Source: Elusimicrobiaceae bacterium (GTDB lineage: Bacteria > Elusimicrobiota > Elusimicrobia > Elusimicrobiales > Elusimicrobiaceae). From it: a DNA stretch of 64,000 bases. A program made the translations under genes and the position numbers. Location: the NCBI GenBank assembly GCA_045593185.1, contig JAZNWD010000016.1:21781-85780 (forward strand), read 5' to 3'. Of this stretch, positions 45,526-55,600 are shown one piece after another. The stretch's first letter is position 1; each line of letters starts with the position of its first letter. The notes beneath the pieces are model-generated. The model was given only the letters and a program-made list of their open reading frames with translations. It was not told the origin of the DNA and did no database searches.

Positions 45526-45599
45526 TGCGCCCACCAGGACTTGAACCTGGAACCCATCGATTATGAGTCGATTGCTCTAACCAATTGAGCTATAGGCGC
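45526..45599 (-). tRNA. tRNA with CAT anticodon, probably tRNA-Ile2 (lysidine); elongator Met not excluded
   Basis: GCGCCTA acceptor, AGCTCAATTGGTTAGAGC D-arm, ATCGA-CTCATAA-TCGAT anticodon arm, GGTTCAAGTCC T-arm; C4-G69 and C5-G68 as in TilS substrates; no encoded CCA. Confidence 0.9.
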
Positions 45600-45668
45600 T
45601 AATATAGTTATTATAACAAATTGCCACTCGGACAACAAACTCAAAATGTGCTATAATATACGTGTTAC

Positions 45669-45739
45669 TCCGGGATGGTGTAATGGTAACACGGGTGCCT
45701 CTGGAGCATTAATTCTAGGTTCGAATCCTAGTCCCGGAA
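45669..45739 (+). tRNA. tRNA-Gln (CTG)
   Basis: TCCGGGA/TCCCGGA acceptor with U1-A72, anticodon loop CTCTGGA, GGTTCGAATCC T-arm. Confidence 0.9.
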
Positions 45740-45826
45740 AATTTAAACCTCGCTTTTGGCGGGGTTTTATTTTTGCTAGCTGTTTGTTCGCTAAAAGTTC
45801 CCAAGTAACCGGAAAATTTAAATTTG

Positions 45827-46759
45827 TCAGTTTCCCTGATCAACGCTCCCTTCTTTTGCCTGTTCCTCAACGGCTGTTTCAGTGCCTTGAGCGACGGGCA
45901 GTTCCTCTTGCGTTTTGGCAGGGGCTAATTGAGTAAGCGGCCCTTGATCGGTGGGTTTAGGATCTGCCTGCAGCGGGGAATCCATCTTTTCTTCCGCACG
46001 CTGTCCCTCAGCGGCTTTTTCTAAACTTTCCGTCTGTTTGAGTACTTTTTGAAAGATATTTTCCATCTCGGTGGGGGCGGTGTTTTCCTCGCTGCGCTTG
46101 CCCGTTTGTTTTTCTTTAGAGACCCGGGCTAAAGGCATAAATTGTTTAAATTGTTCGCGCGCCTCTAACACTTCCAACATGAGTAACACTTGGTGCCATT
46201 CCGTTTTTTCCTGAGCGGATAATTGTTCGTTTTCGTTGAGTAACTCCGCCGCTGTTTTTCCGTTTCCATCCTTTGCCGCAGGGCTGGCGTGAGCGGCCAA
46301 CAATACTTTAATAACCGGGGCTATGTTATGCCGGGCCGCTAGCAAAAGTGCTTGATTTTTATTTTCCGTTTGCGCGGCGCTGTTTCCCCCGTGTTTGGCC
46401 AATGCCAACACAATTTCCGGTTGCGTATTATACTGTGCGGCAATCATCAGCGGGGTAAAACCGTGTTTATCTTTAGCAAAGGGATCCGCCCCGGCCACAA
46501 TCAGTTTTTGCAACAATACCGGCTCGGTGGCGTACCTGGCCGCGTACGAAAGCGCCGTTTGGCCGGATTTATCGCGTGCGTTCACATCCGCGCCGCCTTC
46601 TAAAAGTTGGCGTGTTTTTGACACGTCATTTTCTTCCAGTGCGCGCATCAAGCGTGTTGTTCCGCGCCAGTCCACTTCTTGCGCAAAATGCCGGTAGAGT
46701 AATCCCCCGGCAACCAAACCGATACACACCCCTAACCAAATCCACGTAGTTTTTTTCAT
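45827..46759 (-). CDS. Ankyrin-repeat protein with N-terminal TM and low-complexity tail
   Basis: GADVNARDKSGQTALSYAA, KDKHGFTPLMIAA, KDGNGKTA. Confidence 0.88.
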   Translation of the reverse strand: MKKTTWIWLGVCIGLVAGGLLYRHFAQEVDWRGTTRLMRALEENDVSKTRQLLEGGADVNARDKSGQTALSYAARYATEPVLLQKLIVAGADPFAKDKHGFTPLMIAAQYNTQPEIVLALAKHGGNSAAQTENKNQALLLAARHNIAPVIKVLLAAHASPAAKDGNGKTAAELLNENEQLSAQEKTEWHQVLLMLEVLEAREQFKQFMPLARVSKEKQTGKRSEENTAPTEMENIFQKVLKQTESLEKAAEGQRAEEKMDSPLQADPKPTDQGPLTQLAPAKTQEELPVAQGTETAVEEQAKEGSVDQGN

Positions 46760-46829
46760 ACTTGTATTTTAGCACATTGCGCCCCTTAAATTGCTAAAAT
46801 ATAGGTAATTACTTTTATTGAGGTATCTT

Positions 46830-48335
46830 ATGTCCGAACAACAACACAACACCGCCCTGGACGGCATTATCAAGCAACGCTATGCCGAGGTGGAAGAAAT
46901 CCGCCAAATGGGCATTACCCCCTATCCCAACCGCTGTGAGAAACAAATTTCGTGCGCGGCTGCCAAAGAATTGGCCGAAAACGCGGACGCCGTAACCGCC
47001 GGCCGCCTGATGCAAATCCGCTTGATGGGCAAAGCTGCGTTTGCACACTTGCGCGATTTTTCCGGCCGCATTCAGCTTTACGTGGCCAAGGATAATTTAG
47101 GCGAAGAGGCCTACGCCTTCTTCAAAAAACACATTGCCGTGGGGGATTTTGTATCGGTAAGCGGGCATATTTTTGTTACCAAAACCGGCGAGAAGACAAT
47201 TAAAGTAACCAAGATGACCTTGCTCTCCAAGGCCATCCGCCCCATGCCCGAGAAATACCACGGCTTGCAAGATACCGAGGTCCGCTTCCGCAAACGCCAC
47301 TTAGATTTAATTGCTAACGAAGAAGTTAAAGATATTTTTGTCAAACGCGCCAAAATTATTTCTTCCATCCGCAAAACGTTGGACGAAAAAGGTTTTTTGG
47401 AAGTGGAAACCCCTATTTTAAATCCGTCCTCCGGCGGGGCCATTGCGCGCCCGTTTGAAACCTTTCACAACGCGCTTAAAATGCCGCTTTACATGCGCAT
47501 TGCCTTGGAATTGCACCACAAACGCCTCATCATCGGCGGGCTGGACCGCATTTACGAAATTGGGCATATGTTCCGCAACGAAGGGATTGATACCACCCAC
47601 AACCCCGAATTTACCATGATGGAACTCTATCAGGCATACGGGGACGTAAACACCATGGCCGATTTGTTTGACGAAATTTTGGGCAACGCTGCCAAAGCTA
47701 TTGGCGTGGAAAAAGTGCAATTCCGCGGGTATGAAGTCGATTTGCGCCCGCCGTATAAACGGCTTTACATCCCCGTGGCCTGGCAGGAAAAATTCGGCCA
47801 TGATATTCACGAAGTGCTAGACGGCCGCAAATTCAACCGCGCCAAATTGGAAGAAGTAGCCAAAGAGCAAGGCGTTAAATTCTCGGCCGATGATTCCGAC
47901 GGTGCAATTTTTGACGAACTTTTTGAAGGCAAATTATTGGCCGACTATCACAACCCTGTCATCGCGCTAGATTATCCCACGGCCGTAAGCCCGTTCTCTA
48001 AAACCAAACCCGGCGATCCGGAACTGGTGGAACGCTTTGAAGTGTTTGTAAACGGGCAGGAACTCGGCAACGCTTATACCGAGCTTAACGACCCGGCCGA
48101 CCAACTCCAACGCCTAAAAGATCAAGCCGCCGCCAAAGCCATTGCCAAAGGCGAAGATGCCGAAAATGCCGACATTTTAGACGCCGATTACATTGAAGCC
48201 ATGGAATCGGGCATGCCACCCACAGGGGGTATGGGCATTGGCATTGACCGCATCATTATGATGCTTACCGGGCAAGACTCCATCCGCGAAATTATTTTCT
48301 TCCCCACCTTGAAAAAGTTAGACGAAGAACAATAA
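46830..48335 (+). CDS. lysS: Lysine--tRNA ligase (class II)
   Basis: AGRLM..R.MGKAAF, FLEVETP, FRNEGID.THNPEFT, GMPPTGGMGIGIDR; start moved to ATG 46830. Confidence 0.97.
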   Translation: MSEQQHNTALDGIIKQRYAEVEEIRQMGITPYPNRCEKQISCAAAKELAENADAVTAGRLMQIRLMGKAAFAHLRDFSGRIQLYVAKDNLGEEAYAFFKKHIAVGDFVSVSGHIFVTKTGEKTIKVTKMTLLSKAIRPMPEKYHGLQDTEVRFRKRHLDLIANEEVKDIFVKRAKIISSIRKTLDEKGFLEVETPILNPSSGGAIARPFETFHNALKMPLYMRIALELHHKRLIIGGLDRIYEIGHMFRNEGIDTTHNPEFTMMELYQAYGDVNTMADLFDEILGNAAKAIGVEKVQFRGYEVDLRPPYKRLYIPVAWQEKFGHDIHEVLDGRKFNRAKLEEVAKEQGVKFSADDSDGAIFDELFEGKLLADYHNPVIALDYPTAVSPFSKTKPGDPELVERFEVFVNGQELGNAYTELNDPADQLQRLKDQAAAKAIAKGEDAENADILDADYIEAMESGMPPTGGMGIGIDRIIMMLTGQDSIREIIFFPTLKKLDEEQ

Positions 48336-48352
48336 GCGGTTGCGATAATTTA

Positions 48353-48388
48353 AACAACAAAGCCCGGCGTTTACCGGGCTTTGTTGTT
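48353..48388 (+). terminator. Intrinsic terminator after lysS
   Basis: AACAACAAAGCCCGG-6-CCGGGCTTTGTTGTT. Confidence 0.8.
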
Positions 48389-48471
48389 ATAGCAACACAC
48401 AAAAAATTATTCTAAATAAACAAGGCCTATTTTGGGCCCATATTCAAAATCGCCGTCGTATAACATTAAGT

Positions 48472-48616
48472 GTCATTCCGTACTTGATACGGAATCTTCC
48501 ACGCACGCCGTTTGCCGTTATTACATTAGACGTCATTCCGTACTTGATACGGAATCTTCCACGCACGCCGTTATCATATCAAGCGTCATCCCCAAAGGTT
48601 GTAATTGGGGATCCCC
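48472..48616. repeat. Cluster of three (C/T)GTC-type palindromic (REP-like) repeats
   Basis: 41-bp unit GTCATTCCGTA-CTTGA-TACGGAATCTTCCACGCACGCCGTT identical at 48472 and 48532; third variant GTCATCCCCAA...TTGGGGATCC at 48585. Confidence 0.8.
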
Positions 48617-48637
48617 ACCGCGCTACCCTTCCCAACA

Positions 48638-48665
48638 AAAGCACCCCGCTTGTGCGGGGTGCTTT
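48638..48665 (-). terminator. Intrinsic terminator after rpsT
   Basis: AAAGCACCCCGC-4-GCGGGGTGCTTT. Confidence 0.8.
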
Positions 48666-48680
48666 AGACATTAAAACTGC

Positions 48681-48959
48681 TTATTTGCCGGCTTTATTAG
48701 CGGCTTTGGCTAAGCGGGATTTCTTGCGCGCAGCCGTTTTCCAGTGGATTACTTTCTTTTTGGCGGCTTTGTCAATGCAAGCATTCGCTTTCTTCAAGTC
48801 TTCTTTCAAGGTTTTGGCTTTCGTGGAGGCGGAAGCTTTTACCGTTTTGGTCGCCACGCGGACTTTTTTAATAAGCCCCTTGTTGGCGGAGTTTCTTTTT
48901 TCAGCTTGGCGCTGAGCTTTGAGGGCGCTGGTGTGGCGGCCCGTTTTTAATTTTGCCAT
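48681..48959 (-). CDS. rpsT: 30S ribosomal protein S20
   Basis: SALKAQRQAEKR...N, IDKAAKKKVIHWKTAARKKSRL. Confidence 0.92.
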   Translation of the reverse strand: MAKLKTGRHTSALKAQRQAEKRNSANKGLIKKVRVATKTVKASASTKAKTLKEDLKKANACIDKAAKKKVIHWKTAARKKSRLAKAANKAGK

Positions 48960-49054
48960 GTTTACTAATACCTCTTATCAAAAAATCGATTATATATATT
49001 ATACTTTTTAGCGCGGGAATTGGTCAACGGGTTTTTATTTGTTACAATAAAGTT

Positions 49055-50404
49055 ATGGATGAGCGTATTCATATTTTGCCCCATTCGCCCGGCGTGTATG
49101 TCATGCGCGGCAAGGACGGCACCATTCTCTACATCGGCAAAGCGAAAAACTTGTCGGACCGCGTGAAACAGTATTTCCAAGAGTCCAACTTGTATTCGCG
49201 CGGGTGGAAGTTGCCCAGTTTGCTGCCGCTGATTGCCAAGATAGACTACGTCGCCTGCTCGAGTGAGCGCGACGCCCTGGTGCTGGAAGAAAAGCTCATC
49301 AAAGAATATCAGCCGTTTTTTAACTCCATGGGTAAAGACGGCAAAACCTACCCCTATTTAAAACTATCCTTAAGCGAGGATTTCCCCCGCCTGCAACTGG
49401 TACGCAAAAGTGCCGCCGATGCCGGTAAAAATTCCGCGGACGCGTACTACGGGCCGTACCCCAAATCGTACATTGTAAAAAGCTTGATGCGTTTTTTATG
49501 GCGCAGCCAGTACGCACCGCTGCGCTTATGCAAGTGGAAGTTTTCACGTGAAAACAAGCTTGCCGCGCAAAAAATCAACACCTGCATTTATTATCACACC
49601 GGCCAGTGCCCGGCCCCGTGCGCGGGTAAAATTTCGTATGAAGACTACCAAAAAAATGCTCGGCGCATGGCTGATTTTTTAGACGGCAATTTTGGCAATT
49701 TGCAAAGCACGCTGGAAAAGCTGATGAAAACCCACTCCCAGCGTTTGGAATATGAACAGGCCGCCGTATACCGTAATTTTTTACACGCGCTTAGTCACAT
49801 GAAAGAGCGCGTGCTGGTGGGCCGCTTTAAGGACGACTACATCACCACTGCCCTTGAAAATACCGACAAGCTAAAACGCCTGGCCGAAGTGATTGGCCTC
49901 AAAAAATTGCCCACGCACATTGAAGCGTTTGATAACTCGCACCTCTTCGGGCGCGAAGCCGTGGGCTGTATGGTTTGCTTTGTAAACGGCGAGAAAAACC
50001 ACGAGCACTACCGCCGTTTTAAAATCCGCTCTAAGCTGCCCGAAAAAGGCGGCAGCGATTTTGCCATGATGGAAGAAAGTGTCTACCGCCGTCTGCGTCA
50101 ATTAAAGCGCGACCCAGCCCAAACCCCCGATCTCATTTTATTAGACGGTGGGAAAAGCCAAATCCACGCGGCCCTTAACGCCTTTGAACGCGCGGATATG
50201 TATATCCCGTTTATTGCATTGGCCGAAACGCACGAGGGCATCTACCTGCCCGGCGCCAAGGAAAGCATCAAGCTGCCTATCGGGGACCCGGCTTTGAATT
50301 TGCTCATGGAAATACGCGATGAAGTGCACCGCTTTGCCATTACCTATCATCGTAAACTGCGCGATAAAGCCCAGTTGCAAGAGACTCACAAACCTACAGT
50401 TTAA
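49055..50404 (+). CDS. uvrC: Excinuclease ABC subunit C, lacking the C-terminal HhH domain
   Basis: PGVY.M....ILYIGKAK.L..RV.QYF (GIY-YIG), IEAFDNSH, PDLILLDGG..Q, RDEVHRFAI; start moved to ATG 49055. Confidence 0.9.
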   Translation: MDERIHILPHSPGVYVMRGKDGTILYIGKAKNLSDRVKQYFQESNLYSRGWKLPSLLPLIAKIDYVACSSERDALVLEEKLIKEYQPFFNSMGKDGKTYPYLKLSLSEDFPRLQLVRKSAADAGKNSADAYYGPYPKSYIVKSLMRFLWRSQYAPLRLCKWKFSRENKLAAQKINTCIYYHTGQCPAPCAGKISYEDYQKNARRMADFLDGNFGNLQSTLEKLMKTHSQRLEYEQAAVYRNFLHALSHMKERVLVGRFKDDYITTALENTDKLKRLAEVIGLKKLPTHIEAFDNSHLFGREAVGCMVCFVNGEKNHEHYRRFKIRSKLPEKGGSDFAMMEESVYRRLRQLKRDPAQTPDLILLDGGKSQIHAALNAFERADMYIPFIALAETHEGIYLPGAKESIKLPIGDPALNLLMEIRDEVHRFAITYHRKLRDKAQLQETHKPTV

Positions 50405-51485
50405 GCCATTTAAATTCCAGGAAGACTGCTACCGAGAAGAGAAGCACCGGGCCCCAACCGGCCAAATAGGGGTTTAAGTACCCATTTTGGCCCATGGAGT
50501 TTACCATAGACATAATCCACCAAAACGCAAACGCAATTACTAAGGAGGCAATGATATTTAAAATTTTACTTTTGCGCCGCGTGCTAATGGCAAAGGGCAT
50601 CCCCAGCAGGCACATAATCACCGTGACAAACGGAGTGGCCAGTTTGGATTGGCGGACTGTTTCGGCCGCATAATGAGAAAGGCCGCTACGCCCGTAAAAA
50701 TTGATTTTAGTGCTTAAGGCACGAATGCTTAACAATTTATCCTCTGCTTTGCTTACCGCCATCTTTTGCGGAGGAATTGTGAAAGGGGCCTCTTGGCTGA
50801 CGAAGGATTCCTCCGTCGTATCCATATCCGTCAAAAAAGTGCGCAAAATACCGTTTTTAAAAGTCCAGTGGTGGGTAGCTTGATCCCAACTCATCCCCTG
50901 AGCGATTACTTGCGTGGCGATGTTCCATTCGCCGTTTTGGTCGTTATAAGTATCGAGGGATACTTGATGCATGACCCCGTTTTTCAAATCCACCTGTTTG
51001 GCAAAAAGCATCTGCGTGGGAGAAATTTTAATGACTACATCATTTTCCGCATGGGGATTAAAATCGGCCGTCGGTTTAATGCGGGTATAATAAATAGCAT
51101 CTGCTTTGAGGTTGAGCCCGGGGACAATAAATTCTTGCACCCCCATAGTAGCCAAAACCACAAGCAAAACACACGCAATAATGGGCTTAAATAAATCTTT
51201 GGGAGCAAATCCGCCCGCCACGCAGGCGGTCCATTCGCCGTTGGAAACCATTTCGGAAATAACTGAAATAGCCCCCAGCAAACAGGCCACCGGAACGATA
51301 GTAGTCAGCCAATTAGGAAACGTGCACGCCGCATAAGCCAACAAATCCCACATAGTAGTGGTGCCGTTGGAAAGATTTTTTAGCTTTTCGAAAATATCCC
51401 CCAACACCACCAACGTAGTAAAAATACCCAGTGCAAAAAAGAACGGTCCCCAAAATTTGCGGGCTATATAATAGTATAGGCGCAT
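50394..51485 (-). CDS. lptG: LPS export ABC transporter permease LptG
   Basis: YjgP/YjgQ TM pattern; follows lptF with TAATG coupling. Confidence 0.8.
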   Translation of the reverse strand: MRLYYYIARKFWGPFFFALGIFTTLVVLGDIFEKLKNLSNGTTTMWDLLAYAACTFPNWLTTIVPVACLLGAISVISEMVSNGEWTACVAGGFAPKDLFKPIIACVLLVVLATMGVQEFIVPGLNLKADAIYYTRIKPTADFNPHAENDVVIKISPTQMLFAKQVDLKNGVMHQVSLDTYNDQNGEWNIATQVIAQGMSWDQATHHWTFKNGILRTFLTDMDTTEESFVSQEAPFTIPPQKMAVSKAEDKLLSIRALSTKINFYGRSGLSHYAAETVRQSKLATPFVTVIMCLLGMPFAISTRRKSKILNIIASLVIAFAFWWIMSMVNSMGQNGYLNPYLAGWGPVLLFSVAVFLEFKWLKL

Positions 51486-52579
51486 TAGATATTTAACCTC
51501 TTTTTCCACAAATAGTAGCCCGCCCCGATACCGACCAATACCGGCAACCAGGGGGCCGGGTAAGCCAATACACCGTATTTTTTACCCAGCGAAATCCCCA
51601 ACGTCATCAGCAAATAGAACGAGAAGATAATCACTACACTAAAGAGCATCCCCCACCCCTTGTTGGTCCGTTTCCCCAAGGAAAACCCAATCGGGCAACT
51701 GACGAACAATAAAATAAGCGGCGAAAGTGCCATTACGTTGCGCATGCTGATTTCGGTGCGATATTCGTTGCGGGTGGCTTTATCAAGTGGCATTTTTTTA
51801 AGGCGGCGCAACAATTTGGTAGTAGTCATTTCCCCTACACGAAGGCGCCGTTGCTGATTGCGAAAAAGCGATATATGCATCGTATAATCATCAAAATTGG
51901 CCGCGATGAAAGAGGAGGGGTCTTTCCCGTCCAAACGGCGCATTTGCCCGTCGTGCAGTTGCAAACCGATAGAGCTCTCGTTCAAAAGAACCCGGCCCCG
52001 CGCGGCATTGACGGTGGTGGACTGCGCCCCTGCATCATTTTTGCGCAGAAGCTGTATTTGTTTGGCCTCGCCTGTTTTGGGATCTAAATCCTCTACATAA
52101 AGTTCCCATTCGCCCAAGTTCAAAAAAGTTTTAGGTTCCAAATTCACTTTAGTAATTTTGCTGCGCGCTTCGGTACGCAAATTAAGCACTTTTTGATAGC
52201 TGTGCGGCGTAACCCAATTGCTCATAATGACCAAAATAACAGCCAATACAATCGCGCAACCCGCCAACGGGCGGACAATCTCTTTAAACGAAAATCCGGC
52301 AGCCCGCAAAGCAATCAGCTCCCCTTGTTCACTCATACCCGTCAATGTAAGTAAGATGGCAATTTGAAACGCCATCGGTGCGCTCAAACAAAAAACATCA
52401 GGCACCAGGTTTAATAAGGAGGAAGCCACCCACGTCCAGCTGGTTCCGTACGTCATGGCCATATTCATCACGCGGATGAAATGGTTCATAAAAATGACAA
52501 ACGTCAGTATCCCCAACACACCCGCAAATAACGTAAGCAAGCTCTTGGCAATATAACGCGTAAAAATACGTACGTGCAT
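51485..52579 (-). CDS. lptF: LPS export ABC transporter permease LptF
   Basis: RYIAK, ELIALRAAG.S, P.SY, IIFSFYLL motifs. Confidence 0.82.
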   Translation of the reverse strand: MHVRIFTRYIAKSLLTLFAGVLGILTFVIFMNHFIRVMNMAMTYGTSWTWVASSLLNLVPDVFCLSAPMAFQIAILLTLTGMSEQGELIALRAAGFSFKEIVRPLAGCAIVLAVILVIMSNWVTPHSYQKVLNLRTEARSKITKVNLEPKTFLNLGEWELYVEDLDPKTGEAKQIQLLRKNDAGAQSTTVNAARGRVLLNESSIGLQLHDGQMRRLDGKDPSSFIAANFDDYTMHISLFRNQQRRLRVGEMTTTKLLRRLKKMPLDKATRNEYRTEISMRNVMALSPLILLFVSCPIGFSLGKRTNKGWGMLFSVVIIFSFYLLMTLGISLGKKYGVLAYPAPWLPVLVGIGAGYYLWKKRLNI

Positions 52580-52693
52580 ATTTATATTTTAGCAAAATAG
52601 ACCTGTTAATGAACGGCCGTCCTCGGAAAGTTATTTTTTAGTGGCGCGCGTACGCGATAATTTATAAAATAAAGTGAGGGTTTATTGCTTCTT

Positions 52694-55600
52694 ATGAAAG
52701 CATTGCGGCTAGTACTGGCTTCTATACTATTGTTACAGGTATTTTTTGCTCCTATGGCGGGGGCAGAAACGTTGCCGTATAGTTTGGTAGATAAAAACCA
52801 ATACGAAATTTTTGAAGAAGAACAACAAGCCCAACTGGAAAAAGAACTCACACTGGAAGACCCCCCCGATGACGCCCAATTGCTTAAATATTCCACCGAT
52901 TTTTGGCGCCAGGCGGTAACCTCCGTGGAAGGGGCGTATACACTGGATAAAGAGCCCGAGCCCATCCCCGATTTAACCCTACTCAACCCCACCTTATCCC
53001 TGCCGCTTTACGGCACCAGCATTGCCTTGACCGGGCGCTACGTGCTGGGCGTGAAAATGGCAGCCAAAAAGTTCAAGTCCGACCCGAACAGCACCGTGGA
53101 AGACCGTAACGATCGCTCCGTGCAAATGGATCAACAGCTGCAATTAAAAATGCAGGGAAAAATTTTGGACCGCGTATTTGTGGATATTGATTACGACGAT
53201 CAACGCGAAGACGAAAAAACCATCTCCGTGGCTTACCGCGGCAAACCCGGCGAATTTGTACAACTGGCCGAATTTGGCGATATTACTCTATCCCTGCCGC
53301 AAACGGAGTTTATTTCGTACGAGAAACAACTCTTTGGGGCCAAAATGCACCTGCAACATAAAAATGCTAACCTGTATTTAATCGGTTCGCAAACCAAAGG
53401 TTCCAGCAAACAAAAGCAATTTATAGGAAGCAGCGTTTCGGAAATTGTTTCATTAGAAGATAAAAACTACATCCGCCGCACGTATTACGATTTAACATTC
53501 GGCGGGAACATAAAACCTACGAAAAAAGCCGACGGCAGCGAAACTTCTAACGTCAGCGGGGTGGCGTATAACGACTGGCGCAGCGCAATGGGTAATATAT
53601 CCCCAGGGACAGAAGAAATTTATTTGGATAACAATGCTACTTCTTATACATACGTGCCGGTAGACAAAACCGCTGAAGATGTATTAGGGGGCGGCGATTA
53701 TCCCGCCAAGTGGGAATTACTAACCCGCGGGATTGACTACACCATTGATTACACGCGCGGGATTATCCAATTCAAACGCAATATCAAGGCCGATGCGGCT
53801 ATCGCCGTGGATTATTTGGATACCCGCGGCCAACGCCTCAGCCAAACCATGGGAACGCCCGGGTATATCAAATTTATTAAAACGTCCAATGACCGCTCTG
53901 TAGCAACCAGCGCCGATGAAACCGCCAACAAAATGGAACTAAAAACTTACTACAACATTGGCGCACAAAAAATTACACCTGATAACGGAAAGGGGAATTT
54001 CATTCTGCAATTACAAGATGCCAACGGTCAGCCGCTAAACAATCCCTATTTTGTTTATCCCAATTACATGGAAATTGATTTCAACGCCGGTATCTTTAAT
54101 TTGGACTACCGCCTAGACGACGCAAGACTTTACGATCCCACGCCGGTTTCGTCGCGCAACTTAAAATTTAAAATCCAATACCAAAGCACCGTTAAAACGT
54201 ATTTTGTGGAAGCGGGCATTGTGGTCCAATCCGAAACGGTCAAGCTAAACGGACGCACCCTGGCACGCAATAACGACTACTATATTGACTATACCTCCGG
54301 CTTTATTACCTTCTACAAAGGCGACACTATTACCGAAAATTCCGTCATTGATATTACTTACGATACCACGGCCGGGGATAATTCCAACAACACCGTGGTC
54401 GGCGGACGGTTGGATTACAAACTCTTTGATAAAGTTGTCATGGGGACTACTGTCATTAAAGAAGGCGGCGAGAAGCCCAAATCCGTCCCGCAAGTGGGCG
54501 CATATTCCAAAGATTTGCTCGTATACGGGGCGGACATCAACGGAAAAGACATTAAACTGGCAGAGCCCTTATCGGTGGACTTTAGTGTGGAAGCCGCACG
54601 CAGCGTGAAAAAACAAAACCTCTACGGCTACGCGATGATCGACAGCATGAACGACGCCAGCACGCAAGTGGGCGGAAGTATGGTGTTCCGGGACTGGATT
54701 TTTGCTTCCAACCCCACCAAGCCCTCTACCTTCTTAAACACTTTACGCTGGGACACGCAGGATGTACCTTCTTTGCAAATTAACCCCAAAGCCGCTGCCA
54801 ATTACAATGATAAACAACAGGTGCTTGTGTTAAATTACGACTTTACCCAAGCGCGGGATTATGACCCGAACTTGGACGAAGTTTCTATCGTCTATCCGTT
54901 AAGTACCGTGGGGATTGATTTGTCGGATAAAACTTCGTTCCAAGTAACCATGCTGGGCGAAGAAGGCGGCCCGCAAGTAAACTTTACGTTTGGGGATATT
55001 TCGGAATATTCGGATAACAGTTCCGGCATGACCACCCAATGCAGTGCGGGCGGTTTGGTCCCCAAAACCGAAGACGTGTATTGCCGCAACAGTTTAGCAC
55101 CTAACGAAGATATCGGCTGGGAATTTATCAACCCGGACGGATCCTCACAGCGTTATAATCCCTTTACGCAAAACGTATATAACTATGAGACCCAACCCAA
55201 TGGCCGCATTGACACGCAGGACCTCAACGGAAACGGAAAATATGACCCGGAAAATATCCCCACCAACGGGAACTTCGGATTCGCCGGAACCCCTATTACC
55301 CCCGCCCCGGAACAACAAGAGCCCGGCCTCAACACCACCTGGCAAACCTATTCCGTACCGCTGGAAATTACAAATAAAGCCGAATGGACAGCTGTGCACC
55401 ATTTGCGTATTACCCTTAAAAAAGGAGCCAACCTAAAAGGGCAAATTAAAATTGCCGGGGTAGGGCTGTCCGGCACTGCGTGGAACCCCAATAACGTGCC
55501 TAACGTCAACAATTTTGCCATATCCGGCATTAATAACGTAGATAATGCTAACTACGACCCCATTTTTAGTTCCCCCGGCGACGGTCAACGCGTATTCAAC

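Noticed and set aside
39325-45600. Prophage or ICE
   Set aside because: No structural, replication, relaxase or conjugation genes; only an integrase and cargo
48472-48616. Possible CRISPR array
   Set aside because: Only two identical units plus one variant, 19-bp gap, strong REP-like palindrome, no leader and no cas genes in the window
48484-48915. 143-aa ORF on the + strand
   Set aside because: Antisense to rpsT and running through the palindromic repeats; no RBS
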